Shown piece after piece: positions 1 through 12,259 of a stretch of DNA of 64,000 nt; position 1 is the first letter of the stretch, and each line of letters begins with the position of its first letter. Made by a program: the position numbers and the translations under genes. The stretch comes from Haliotis rufescens (lineage: Eukaryota): the NCBI RefSeq assembly GCF_023055435.1, contig NW_025964001.1:60450001-60514000 (forward strand), written 5' to 3'. The notes beneath the pieces were generated by a model that did no database searches, had not been told where the DNA came from, and was given only the letters and a program-made list of their open reading frames with translations.

Positions 1-480
1 TGTCAATTAATTCTTCTAGTTGCCAAGTAATACTTCTAGTTGTCAAGTAAACTTCTAGTTGTCAAGTAATACTTCTAGTTGTCAAGTCAACTTCTAGTTG
101 TCAAGTTATACTTCTAGTTGCCAAGTAAACTTCTAGTTGTCAAGTAAACGTCTAGTTGTCAAGTAAACTTCTAGTTGCCAAGTAATACTTCTAGTTGTCA
201 AGTAAACTTCTAGTTGTCAATTAATTCTTCTTGTTGCCAAGTAAACTTCTAGTTGTCAAGTAAACTTCTAGTTGTCAAGTAAACTTCTAGTTGCCAAGTA
301 ATACTTCTAGTTGCCAAGTAATACTTCTAGTTGTCAAGTAAACTTCTAGTTGTCAAGTAATACTTCTAGTTGTCAAGTAAACTTCTAGTTGTCAAGTAAT
401 ACTTCTAGTTGCCAAGTTATACTTCTAGTTGTCAAGCGATGCATATAGGTGTCAAGTAATACTTCTAGTTGTCTAGTAAA
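1..480. repeat. Minisatellite, mixed 19/21-bp units cttctagttgtcaagtaa(a/ta); runs off the window edge
   Basis: Direct tandem periodicity. Confidence 0.95.
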
Positions 481-1477
481 CTCTTTGTTGTTTAATGCTA
501 CGCTCAGCAATATAACAGCTATATGTCGTCAATCTGTAAATAATTGAGTATGTACAAGACACACCAGTGATTGATATCATAAGCATCAATCTACGGAGCG
601 TTGTACAGGATGATGGCTATAGCAGATTGTACATGCTGCAGCTAAAATTAACAGAAGCTGCTATCTATGTACCAACAAATTAATGCACTGTGCACAGTCT
701 GATCTGGAATTGATAGAGACTGGATACCTTATCCCATTTAGAAACAGAGACATATACTACTCCCCTTTTGAAAGGGACATGTTAGCTTCCCATGACACAC
801 AAAACTACCTCTCATGTGTAAAGTGTACATTTAAATAGAATGACATATCTGATTATCCCTATCAAAAGTATATAACAAAGAGTTTAGGAAATTAAAGTCC
901 ATATATATGTGTGACAAAGCATGTCATTCAATGGTGATGTATTAATAAGGGTATCATAGTTTTGGACCTAAAGTTTGCAGTGTTTCGGTGACTGTTTTCA
1001 GCCTCGTAACGTTTGTAAATTTTGGGTCAAATTTTCAAGTTTATATCTCCTTTGCCAGGCAGGTAATCTCTTTAATCTGCCCAAAAACAGCTTCAAGCTT
1101 GACTAAGTTTGATTAAAACAGTTACAGTACACCTTTAATGTTGCAAGTGAAGCAGCAAGCAGCTTCTCCCAAGGCCTGTGAATACCATCTCCTCGGTTAC
1201 CAACATGGCTCAACACTCTGCAAATTACCAACTCTAAATATGTGTTGTGCATAACCAGGGTTTTATGTCTGAGAAAGAAAAAAGGTCAGTGGGTATAACG
1301 GCAAAGCCAGGCAACTCGATCTGGAGTTGAATGATGTAAAAATCCAAAAGTAAAATGATTATTTCGCTAAATGCACAGCAAGACAAACAGATGTTTCTGA
1401 ACCAGATGCCCAGAAATAGATGTTCCCTGCCAGCCCCGTGTTGTGCACATCCTTGTGTTGGTTTGATATAGGCGTGA

Positions 1478-1643
1478 GTGAGTGAGTGAGTATGGTTTTA
1501 CGCCGCTTTTAGCAATATTCCAGCAATATCACGGCGGGGGACACCAGAAATGGGCTTCACACATTGTACCCATGTCGGGAATCGAACCCGGGTCTTCGGC
1601 GTGACGAGCGAACGCTTTAACCACTAGGCTACCCGACCGCCCC
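1478..1643 (-). mobile_element. SINE family A (tRNA-derived, about 170 bp, (ACTC)n tail), full length
   Basis: A box TAGCCTAGTGG, B box GGTTCGATTCC; 13-bp TSD gatataggcgtga (1465-1477, 1644-1656). Confidence 0.95.
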
Positions 1644-1967
1644 GATATAGGCGTGAAGAGAGTTTAAACCATTGTGATTATGTCATGCTATTGTTGTTGC
1701 GGGAATATACTGGTCATTCTTTAGCTGAATTAAACAATTAAAACAGAGTTGATCACAGGTCATTATGCAAATATAGAGAAATTATATATCAACCATAACA
1801 TGGTTTAAGTGGGAGAAATCACTTGAATCTTCGTGGGTCATTGATTCTACTTCCGGAATCTACAGATTCTTATGATTTTTCATTTACGGAGTATTCATTT
1901 ATTCATGTCACTTACAGTTTTTGCAAATAAATTATTTTAAAAGATGATTCACAATCTGTGAACTAGT

Positions 1968-2261
1968 GTGAGTGAGTGAGTGAGTGAGTGAGTGAGTGAG
2001 TTAACGCTGCTTTTAACAGTATTCCAGTTATATCACAGCTAGTCAGCTTAATCTGGGAGGAAAGCCCAAAGTGATGCAGGTCTCAGAGGTTTACCACTTT
2101 GGTGAAACCCACGAGCACGGGTATGGTGCTGACAAACCTAGAAACATAATCGGGGCTAACCGGGATTCGAACCCACAATCATAGGTTTCTGGCGTGCCCA
2201 AGGGACGCAACTCTGCACAGTGAATCGCGGCACCTCAGACGACAGGGCCACCCGTGCCCCC
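1968..2261 (-). mobile_element. SINE family B (tRNA-Leu-like head, V-domain-like body, (ACTC)n tail)
   Basis: Near identity to copies at 57322 and 59308. Confidence 0.92.
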
Positions 2262-2755
2262 AACTGATTTTAATGAAATATGTTTGTGAGACAATATCAG
2301 ATCTGCCTTACGACCACCAGTGGGTTCAATATGGCAACACAAAATGTGAACAGGGTGAATTTGGATGTGACAAACTGATTATGTCATATAAAACACTATG
2401 ACATCATGATATCCATACAGGCCGACCAACTTGTATGGGTTTTTACAAGACAGTGACCCGCCAATCAGATAGCTGGACTATATGACAAGTAAAGATAAAC
2501 GTTCAGACATGAACTTTGTTATAATTGAACCAATATTTATTTGGATAATGATGCTGAGACAAATTGGTCAACTAACCTTTCAAACAATTTCTAAGGATTA
2601 TTTATTAAATATGCCTTAATATCATCAGTAAAGGTCATGGTAAACTTCAAAACAGCTATTAGGATGCCTAACAGGGCACTAATGGCAGCCTATAACTAGA
2701 ACATAGATGGCCAGGGTCAAGGCTTCCCCGGTGGGTCGTCCTGCTTCCATCAATG

Positions 2756-2901
2756 CGACAGCCACTGACTTCAGTGAGCGTCTCTATACTGCTGTGTTAG
2801 CATCGACAGCCACTGACTTCAGTGAGCGTCTCTATACTGCTGTGTTAGCATCGACAGCCACTGACTTCAGTGAGCGTCTCTATACTGCTGTGTTAGCATC
2901 G
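2756..2901. repeat. 48-bp tandem repeat x3, identical copies
   Basis: cgacagccactgacttcagtgagcgtctctatactgctgtgttagcat three times; internal hairpin cactga-ct-tcagtg. Confidence 0.95.
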
Positions 2902-4244
2902 CGCCAAAGATTAACCAAGAGTCCAGTATCACATAACTCGGGAGAACACTGAAGCAAAATAGGGGTCATGAAAATCTCAAATTGAAACTGAAGTTTATTC
3001 CTTTCTTTATTGTTCTTGTGGGCCTACATTGCGGTAAAACTTCCGCCTGTAACTCCTGCCTTGAAATCTAACACAAGAGTCATCAGGAGATGACAAATCC
3101 CCCTGACCCCTACAATAGCAAAAGGCAGGTAAGGTTTTTGAAAATATAGTGCGGGCAGGCGGTGTCTTTTATTTTTTGTGTTGTTCAAACTAGTATGTAA
3201 CCAATAAACAGTTGTGTAATCAATAAACAATTGTGTACAATCAACCTGGGAAAGGGCCTCCCAACATATACAGTTGGACTTGGAATATTTAAGGATTGTT
3301 TTGGGTTTTGTTTTGTTTTAAAATGGAAATAAAAACGAAATGTGCAGTGAACTTTATGATGATGTGGTGGTGTCTGAGAACCAAGGCTATCTTTTGTTTT
3401 AGCCTGATACATGTACTAAGTTTGGATGAAAAATCTTAATCGGTTTTCAAATTATGCTCCGGAAATGAAAAATATGGATGGATGGACAGACAGACCAGAT
3501 GATGACTATATCCCCTTGCATTATATGCTGAGGTGATAAAAATCATAATCCTGGCAAGAAGCATAAAAAAATTATTTACGCTGGGTAAGGGTTGGGGTTA
3601 GGTTGCCCTAACCAAGGCAAAATGTGAAGCAGGAGTTAATCAGAGACTCCTTCCTACATTATTCCCTCCAATAAAAACAATCATCAACAATCTGATCGAA
3701 CACACTAATATCCCACGCCCAGACAATGACGGTACCTCCTTCCACCAAATACTCCCAATGTCTTACTACAGTTGAGAAAGGACTTGTAATCTACCACCAC
3801 CCATTTAGTTCTCCCTGTTCACTAAAAGCTGCATTATGCCCCTGTGTTGGAGCAGACACTGCAATAAGGGAGGAAGGCAAATATCACATGGCTAATAAAG
3901 TACAGGTAATGTCGAGAAGGAGACTACACAGTCCCAGCAAAGTATTCTGGGCCACAACCAGACTCAGACTTAGTAGATTTAGTACATGCTGGGAACAGTG
4001 GTCTTTGTCAGCATTGAGCAGATACATCTTTGGAAAAAGGTCCCAAGTATAAGTCATGTTGTCATGTGTTAATTCACTTTGAATAAAAACAAATCTAGCA
4101 GTTTATAAAAAAGTGGGTATGTTGTAAGATGTCATAATTAGATGGTGGAATTACTTCCTCCTGTGAGGGTGATTCCATACTTAATGACTGCCACATGTAT
4201 GCAGTGCTTAAGTCTGGTCTATGTTGGTGTGCTATGTTATAACC

Positions 4245-6964
4245 ACAGCACTATAGTACACCCTCCATGTGATACAGCACTATAGTACAGCCCTCCATGT
4301 GATACAGCACTAGAGTACATCCTCCATGTGATACAGCACTATAGTACATCCCTCCATGTGATACAGCACTATAGTACATCCCTCCATGTGATATAGCACT
4401 ATAGTACAGCCCTCCATGTCATACAGCACTATAGTACAGCCCTCCATGTGATACAGCACTATAGTACAGCCCTCCATGTGATACAGCACTATAGTACATC
4501 CCTCCATGTGATACAGCACTATGGTACATCCCTCCATGTGATACAGCACTAGAGTACATCCCTCCATGTCATACAACACTCTAGTACACCCCTCCATGTC
4601 ATACAGCACTATAGTACACCCCTCCATGTGAAACAGCACTATAGTACACCCCTCCATGTCATACAGCACTATAGTACATCCCTCCATGTCATACAGCACT
4701 ATAGTACATCCCACCATGTGATACAGCACTAAAGTACAGCCCTCTATGTGATACAGCACTATAGTACATCCCTCCATGTGATACAGCACTATAGTACACC
4801 CCTCCATGTGATACAGCACTAAAGTACAGCCCTCCATGTGATACAACACTATAGTACATCCCTCTATGTGATACAGCACTATAGTACATCCCTCCATGGG
4901 ATACAGCACTATAGTACATCCCTCAATGTGATATAGCACTAGAGTACATCCCTCCATGTCATACAACACTCTAGTACACCCCTCCATGTCATACAGCACT
5001 ATAGTACACCCCTCCATGTCATACAGCACTATAGTACATCCCTCCATGTGATACAGCACTAAAGTACAGCCCTCTATGTGATACAGCACTATAGTACATC
5101 CCTCCATGTGATACAGCACTATAGTACATCCCTCCATGGGATACAGCACTATAGTACATCCCTCAATGTGATATAGCACTAGAGTACATCCCTCCATGTC
5201 ATACAACACTCTAGTACACCCCTCCATGTCATACAGCACTATAGTACACCCCTCCATGTGATACAGCACTAAAGTACAGCCCTCTATGTGATACAGCACT
5301 ATAGTACATCCCTCTATGTGATACAGCACTATAGTACATCCCTCCATGGGATACAGCACTATAGTACATCCCTCCATGGGATACAGCACTATAGTACATC
5401 CCTCAATGTGATATAGCACTAGAGTACATCCCTCCATGTCATACAACACTCTAGTACACCCCTCCATGTCATACAGCACTATAGTACACCCCTCCATGTC
5501 ATAGAGCACTATAGTACATCCCTCCATGTCATACAGCACTAAAGTACAGCCCTCTATGTGATACAGCACTATAGTACATCCCTCCATGTCATACAGCACT
5601 ATGGTACATCCCTCCATGTGATACAGCACTAGAGTACATCCCTCCATGTCATACAGCACTATAGTACATCCCTCCATGTCATACAGCACTATAGTACATC
5701 CCTCCATGTGATATAGCACTAGAGTACAGCCCTCTATGTCATACAGCACCAAAGTACATCCCTCCATGTGATACAGCACTATAGTACATCCCTCCATGTG
5801 ATACAGCACTAAAGTACATCCCTCTATGTGATACAACACTATAGTACATCCCTCCATGTGATACAGCACTAAAGTACATCCCTCTATATGATACAGCACT
5901 ATAGTACATCCCTCCATGTGATACAGCACTGTGGTACATCCCTCCATGTGATACAGCACTAGAGTACATCCCTCCATGTCATACAGCACTATAGTACACC
6001 CCTCCATGTGAAACAGCACTATAGTACAGCCCTCCATGTGATACAGCACTAAAGTACGGCCCTCTATGTGATACAGCACTATAGTATATCCCTCCATGAG
6101 ATACAGCACTAAAGTACATCCCTCTATGTGATACAGCACTATAGTACATCCCTCCATGTGATACAGCACTATGGTACATCCCTCCATGTGATACAGCACT
6201 AGAGTACATCCCTCCATGTCATACAACACTATAGTACAGCCCTCCATGTAATACAGCACTAGAGTACAGCCCTCCATGTGATACAGCACTATAGTACATC
6301 CCTCCATGGGATACAGCACTATAGTACATCCCTCAATGTGATATAGCACTATAGTACAGCCCTCCATGTCATACAGCAATATAGTACAGCCCTCCATGTC
6401 ATACAGCACTATAGTTCATCCCTCCATGTCATACAGCACTATAGTACATCCCCCCATGTCATACAGCACTATAGTACATCCCTCCATGTCATACAGCACT
6501 ATAGTACATCCCTCTATGTCATACAGCACTATAGTACATCCCTCTATGTGATACAGCACTAGAGTACATCCCTCCATGTGATACAGCACAATAGTACGTC
6601 CTTCAATGTGATACAGCACTTTAGTACATCCCTCCATGTCATACAGCACTATAGTACATCCCTCCATGTCATACAGCACTATAGTACATCCCTCCATGTC
6701 ATACAGTACTACAGTACGTCTTTCTATGTGATACAGCACTATAGTGCATCCCTCCAGGTTATACAGCACTATAGTACATCCCTCCAGGTTATATAGCACT
6801 ATAGTACATCCCTCAATGTCATATGGCACTATAGTACATCCCTCTATGTCATACAGCACTATAGTACATCCCGCCATGTCATACAGCACTTTGGTACAGC
6901 CCTCCATGTTATACAGCACTATAGTACATCCCTCCATGTTATACAGCACTATAGTACACCCCTC
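4245..6964. repeat. 30-bp minisatellite, about 90 units, with 240-bp higher-order repeats
   Basis: cctccatgtgatacagcactatagtacatc; variant cctccatggg recurs at 4891, 5131, 5371. Confidence 0.98.
6416..6964 (-). CDS. Tentative terminal exon: about 18 decapeptide repeats EGCT(I/L/K)VLY(N/D/H)(M/I/L), stop TGA at 6416-6418
   Basis: Acceptor-like tgtgtctgtgcctgcctgcag|GAG exactly at the array edge, phase 0 like the exon 12 donor; 182 open codons. No transcript evidence. Confidence 0.3.
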   Translation of the reverse strand, partial: EGCTIVLYNMEGCTIVLYNMEGCTKVLYDMAGCTIVLYDIEGCTIVPYDIEGCTIVLYNLEGCTIVLYNLEGCTIVLYHIERRTVVLYDMEGCTIVLYDMEGCTIVLYDMEGCTKVLYHIEGRTIVLYHMEGCTLVLYHIEGCTIVLYDIEGCTIVLYDMEGCTIVLYDMGGCTIVLYDMEG

Positions 6965-7085
6965 CTGCAGGCAGGCACAGACACACAATGATCATTCATG
7001 TGTCATCACAACTGACAGATAGTAGATATTTTACAGCTGCTTCTATCAGTGGCTATCTATAACAGTGATGTCGTGTGGGATCTGA

Positions 7086-7236
7086 TGCAAGTCTATAATG
7101 TTTGGCAACTCTAGATTGCAGCAGTATCTGAAAATGAAAAAGTCTCTGGGCTCCTTTTTATTATATCGTTATTAAGATAATTTAACAACTGTTTTTTCAG
7201 TAAGATATGTGCATTTCAGAGACTAGATGTTAGTCT
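7086..7236 (+). mobile_element. Family E dispersed element (other copies about 10916-11385 minus, 28666-28859 plus)
   Basis: Three similar copies sharing the terminal hairpin agacta-gatgt-tagtct. Confidence 0.8.
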
Positions 7237-7242
7237 ACCTGT

Positions 7243-7866
7243 TGACCACCAAGGTCTGACTGGCACGGTGTGTCCCCTCACAAACCCTAAGCCTGATGAC
7301 CACAAAGGTCTGACTGGCACGGTGTGTCCCCTCACAAACCCTAAGCCAGATGACCACAAAGGTCTGACTGGCACTGTGTGTCCCCTCACAAACCCTAAGC
7401 CTGATGACCACAAAGGTCTGACTGGCACTGTGTGTCCCCTCACCAACCCTAAGCCAGATGACCACAAAGGTCTGACTGGCACTGTGTGTCCCCTCACAAA
7501 CCCTAAGCCTGATGACCACAAAGGTCTGATTGACACTTTGTCCCCTCACCAACCCTAAGCCAGATGACCACAAAGGTCTGACTGGCACTGTGTGTCACCT
7601 CACAAACCCTAAGCCTGATGACCACAAAGGTCTGACTAGCACTGTGTGTCACCTCACAAACCATAAGCCTGATGACCACAAAGGTCTGACTGGCACGGTG
7701 TGTCCACTCACAAACCCTAAGCCTGATGACCACAAAGGTCTGACTGGCACTGTGTGTCCCCTCACAAACCCTAAGCCTGATGACCACAAAGGTCTGACTG
7801 GCACTTTGTGTCCCCTCACCAACCCTAAGCCTGATGACCACAAAGGTCTGACTGGCACTGTGTCTG
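7243..7866. repeat. 54-bp minisatellite, about 11.5 units, abutting the exon 12 donor
   Basis: ctgactggcactgtgtgtcccctcacaaaccctaagcctgatgaccacaaaggt. Confidence 0.97.
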
Positions 7867-7872
7867 ACTCAC

Positions 7873-8058
7873 CTCCAATTCCTTCAGTGTACCATCCCTG
7901 CCGCCGTGACATGAACTCAGCAAACACCGTTTCCTGTCCTTCGGCTTGTCGGCGAGTTTGCACTCCCAGTTTGGCACTGTGGTTGGGTCCTCCCCATCGG
8001 AGTCTCTCTGACAATACACACGCCGTGTCTGGTATCCATAGCCGCAGGTCACACCACA
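7873..8058 (-). CDS. ADAMTS-like exon 12: CGVTCGYGYQTRRVYCQ...CLLSSCHGGRDGTLKELE (TSP1-4)
   Basis: gttccag| ... GAG|gtgagt, 186 nt, phase 0 to 0. Confidence 0.93.
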
Positions 8059-8269
8059 CTGGAACAAAACACAGAAATATTGATAACATATATATATGGT
8101 TATAAATAGATATTAGAATAGGATATGAACACGGCAAATGCTTACTCTAAGTGGGGAATAAATGCATCAGGCTCCGTTACTAGGTTGATTCTAGGTCATC
8201 GTACACTGATGACCTGTGACACTGATAATATCAATCCCTATATTATCAAGGAGTATTATAAAACGTGAG

Positions 8270-8680
8270 TATCAATCTTCGGTATCGCTATCGCCAAACA
8301 AAGATCTGAGGACATCCCATTACAGGTCATGTCAGAACGACCTTTCATCTGACCAATCAGAGCGTCGCTTAACAGATCGGGTATTCCAAACAACAGTTAC
8401 GGTCTTTAGGACTGAATCCATACAATCTAGGCCAGTATATTCCTTTATTCAGTTTTCAATGTTTTCATTGAGAATTTGTCAAAATATATTTCGAAGTGTA
8501 GTCACCAGTTTGAAACTAGTGCCGTAAAGCATGAGAAAGCTGCCTTCTGATTGGCTAATGTCAACTTCTTGTCAGTCAATCCACTGGTCGGTCAAAGTTC
8601 GCGAAAGGTCGGTCTGACGTGACCCGTAATGGGATGTCCTCAGATCTGTTTTTAGCAGTAGCGAGAACTAAGATCTGATT
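8270..8680. mobile_element. Non-autonomous element with long imperfect inverted termini
   Basis: agatctgaggacatcccattac..tcagaacgacctttc versus gaaaggtcggtctga..gtaatgggatgtcctcagatct. Confidence 0.8.
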
Positions 8681-8834
8681 TTATTGAGATTGAGGGAGTA
8701 TTGATTGGTGTGGTGTTAAACAACAAGCAAATATAATACACTACTCAACATTTGCTAAGGACCACACACTTGACTGATGACTATTGTGGCCCTTAGCACA
8801 TGTTGAGTAGCATATAACCTAGTGATGATCTCAC

Positions 8835-9048
8835 CTCATTCCATGCACCAGTGGCCCATCTTGGACATCCACTCTCTCCTTCACACACACGCTTGTACTC
8901 CGGCTTCTCCCCGAGGTATCTCAGACAGATGTCATCAGACACGAAGATTGTTTGTCCCATGGTGCCCTTCTCCTGACAGTAGGCGAGCTGGGTCTGCTCC
9001 CCCACACCACAGCTGACGGAGCACTCGTCCCAGTGGCCCAACACCCAG
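8835..9048 (-). CDS. ADAMTS-like exon 11: SWVLGHWDECSVSCGVGEQTQLAYC...CEGESGCPRWATGAWNE (TSP1-3, start of TSP1-4)
   Basis: tgtttcag| ... GAG|gtgaga, 214 nt, phase 2 to 0. Confidence 0.93.
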
Positions 9049-9056
9049 CTGAAACA

Positions 9057-9192
9057 GACACACAGCTGTACAGTCACACAGCTGTACAGTCACACAGCTG
9101 TAACAGTCACACAGCTGTACACTCACACAGCTGTACACTCACACAGCTGCAACAGTCACACAGCTGTACAGTCACACAGCTGTACAGTCACT
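9057..9192. repeat. 16-19-bp minisatellite abutting the exon 11 acceptor
   Basis: cacagctgtacagtca(ca) repeated about 7-8 times. Confidence 0.9.
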
Positions 9193-9322
9193 GAAACTGT
9201 CAACAAACATCAGAAAGAGAGAAACAAAGACTGACGAGTTGCTTAATAGATCCTTATACAGAAGTGTCAACAGAGAGTGTTTGTGTCAAATGAAACTATG
9301 AAGGCTGCCAGCTCAAGACCAT

Positions 9323-9685
9323 GAGTGAGTGAGTGAGTGAGTGAGTGAGTGAGTGAGTGAGTGAGTGAGTGAGTGAGTGAGTGAGTGAGTGAGTGAGTGA
9401 GTGAGTGAGTGAGTGAGTTGTGTTTAATGCCGCTTGGAACAGTATTCCAGTTATATCACGGCGTGTCAGCTTAATGTGGGAAGAAAGCCCAAAGTGATGC
9501 AGGTCTCAGACGTTTACCACTTCGGTGAAACCCACGAGCACGGGTATGGTGCTGACAAACCTAGAAAGATAATCGGGTCGAACCGGGATTCGAACCCACA
9601 ATCTTAGATTTCTGGTATGCCCAAACAACACAACTCTGTTCAGTGAATTGCAGCAACTTAGACGACTGGGCCACCTGTGACCACC
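9323..9685 (-). mobile_element. SINE family B with tail expanded to about 24 GAGT units
   Basis: TSD tcaagaccatga/tcaataccatga. Confidence 0.92.
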
Positions 9686-10200
9686 TCAATACCATGAACC
9701 TTTCAGCAGAACAAATTCTTGTCTAAACAGGGTTTATTTTCTTTAATATTATGATATAATTCATCTCAGGACCAACTCAACATGGTTTATGTATAAGAGA
9801 ACGATCTCAGTAAGCATGTTTTGGACCTATGAAATACATCTGAACGGACCTTACTCGCAACGCTGACTCGCCACATTTCCAGCTAATTCCCAGGGTGCAT
9901 AAAACAACATTAGTGCTACGACTGTCGTAAGTCTATGCTAAGGTATGGGACTTACGATCACCTTAGCATTAAGCTCGTTTCGTACAAAGCGAAAAATCGG
10001 CAAAACATTTGCAGTCTCTTATGATGTCTGTCATAACCATTTCGCCATCACCGTGCACGTGGTTGCCTGCGTTAAGGTAAATCAGTTACCTGAAATATCT
10101 CCTGAGTGACTACCAAAAGGAGCCTACGAGAGTGTAGTCATATACAATACCTACATCCTATTTAATACAACTGATATTATATTGAAGTTTCTGCAATCAC

Positions 10201-10345
10201 CTGTATCCGTTCGTCCTGTCTTCGGCACACGACCCCATGTTGCAGGTTTGGTTAGCGCGAGGTCGCTCCAGTAGATCACATGACCTCATGTTGACAGTCC
10301 CCCCGGACTGCCGATCCATGCACGACACAGCTCGGAGTTGATATC
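10201..10345 (-). CDS. ADAMTS-like exon 10: GYQLRAVSCMDRQSGGTVNMRSCDLLERPRANQTCNMGSCAEDRTNGY (TSP1-2)
   Basis: ttccag| ... AG|gtgatt, 145 nt, phase 1 to 2. Confidence 0.92.
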
Positions 10346-11098
10346 CTGGAACAGGCATCCCAATCTTCATCAAAGACAAAGACAGAGATACATTTACTTT
10401 TAAAGATCCTACAAAGGTCTTTCCCAAATATGTAATGTTTCCAAATTTCTCCGGTTCTGTGCTGAGAGTTTCAGTGAACCTACAATGCTGTGTTTGGCAG
10501 ATTTGAGCTGTTTTGTTTGTTTGTTTGTTTGTTTGTTTGTTGTTTAACGCCGAACTCAGAAATATTCCAGCTATATGACGGGGGTCTGTAAAAGAATCGA
10601 GTCTGGACCAGACAATCCAGTGATTGACATCATGAGCATCGATTTGATCTGACCTGGTCATTCATTGTAGGGTTGGTGGGATTGACCCCCACCCCTACCA
10701 ACCCAGTCCATACAACATTTTCTCACGCCCCAAATGCAAAAGTAACATTTTTTCATATCCCCACGACCTATAATAATTGACCATTCTTTATATTTGATGT
10801 CATAAATAAATTTTGCCTCTTTTTGGCTTTGTCATTTTTCATGACCTCCCCATTAATCTCACAAGCTCCCACACCCCTTACAGAAAATAACCAGTCCCTA
10901 AGTCCCTAAGAAAGGAAGACTAACATCTAGTCTCTGAAATCAACATATTTAACAGAAAAAAACAGCTGTTAAATTATAGTTATAAAATATTATAAAAAGG
11001 AGCCTGGAGACTTTCTTCGTTATACTGCAGTAATCTAGACTTGCTAGACATAAAGACTGGCATGGGCTTTATCAGATATATTTGTTACAGGGTCTGTA

Positions 11099-11374
11099 TG
11101 AGTGAGTGAGTTGGGTTTAACACCGCTTTTAACAGTATTACAGTTATATCGCGGTGTGTCAGCTTAATGTGGGAGGAAAGCCCGAAGGGATGCAGGTCTC
11201 ATATGTTTACCACTTCGGTGAAACCCAAGAGCACGGGTATGGTGCTGACAAAACATAAACATAATCAAGGCGAACTGGGATTTGAACCAAATATCATAGG
11301 TTTCTGGCGTGCGTAGGGACGCAACTCTGCACAGCGAATAGCGGCACCTTAGACGACTGGGCCACCTGTGCCCC
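11099..11374 (-). mobile_element. SINE family B inserted into a family E element
   Basis: TSD gggtctgt. Confidence 0.9.
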
Positions 11375-11408
11375 GGGGTCTGTTAGAAGGGGAACAGCAC
11401 CAACCTAC

Positions 11409-11547
11409 CTGTGCCACACTCTGCGGAGCACCCTGTCCATTGCCCGTACACCCACGTGAACCTGTCTGTTGGGTTGGCCTTGTCCACCAGAGACTGCGGA
11501 CTGGAGTATTCAAACCTTACGCCTGGGTTTCCATCTCTTGCTACAAG
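11409..11547 (-). CDS. ADAMTS-like exon 9: LVARDGNPGVRFEYSSPQ...FTWVYGQWTGCSAECGT (spacer end, TSP1-2 start)
   Basis: ttctccag| ... G|gtaggt, 139 nt, phase 0 to 1; NPGV.FEY motif. Confidence 0.93.
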
Positions 11548-11580
11548 CTGGAGAAGAAGACAGCCAGACATAGCACATAT

Positions 11581-12029
11581 TAGGGCTGGGACGAGTCCAA
11601 ATTTACTACCGGAGTACCCACCCCCCTATTACCTGACCCTACTCGGGTACCCACACCACCCTTTTTCCCGACCCTACCCGGGTACCCACTGTAGGAGATG
11701 TCTCAAAATGTCCGATTGGGAACATTTTTAGCATAGCCCTGGCAAAACGTATTTAGATAAATGTATTAAACAATCTGGTCATTCATACACTGAAGTTGAA
11801 TTAAGTTATATCTTTATTCAACCATTTAAAAAATCAGAAGGAATGGGTGCATAGTCAAAAAGAAATGTGAACATTAGTGACTTGTAGTGTAACCATACAG
11901 TTCTAGATAATTTTTGTCATGAAACAATATATCAAGTGACTAACCACGGGTCCGGGTAGTCCTGTGGGTACCCAGGTCCTACTCAGTACCCACCCGACCC
12001 GGGTACCCGAGTTACCCGTCCCAGCCATA
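11581..12029. mobile_element. hAT-like MITE filling most of the exon 8-9 intron
   Basis: TIR tagggctgggacg/cgtcccagccata; 8-bp TSD gcaca(t/c)at. Confidence 0.85.
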
Positions 12030-12092
12030 GCACACATTACAATACTTCAGCTAGTTTAGAAATGTGACGTAATAGACTAGCATACAACTTAC

Positions 12093-12259
12093 CATGACAA
12101 TAAGAGTTTCATTTGTAGGCCCTCTAGAAAGGATAGACTCGACTTTGTCATCCTTATTCTCAGCGCTGTAGTACTGGAAGATTGTCCCTGCAATAGCTTT
12201 CTGGGACGTCCGGTCTCGGCCACCATTGATGTAATACATTCCTCTCGCATTCTTCAGAC
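12093..12259 (-). CDS. ADAMTS-like exon 8: GLKNARGMYYINGG...IAGTIFQY...ESILSRGPTNETLIVM (spacer domain)
   Basis: ctccag| ... ATG|gtaagt, 167 nt, phase 1 to 0; YYING, AGT.F.Y and GPT.E.L motifs. Confidence 0.93.

Noticed and set aside
6416-6418. Selenocysteine recoding of the TGA at a Cys position
   Set aside because: A single T-to-A change in one repeat unit explains it; no SECIS identified
7243-7866. Tandem hammerhead (retrozyme) suggested by CTGATGA in the 54-mer
   Set aside because: No GAAA after the short stem; core incomplete
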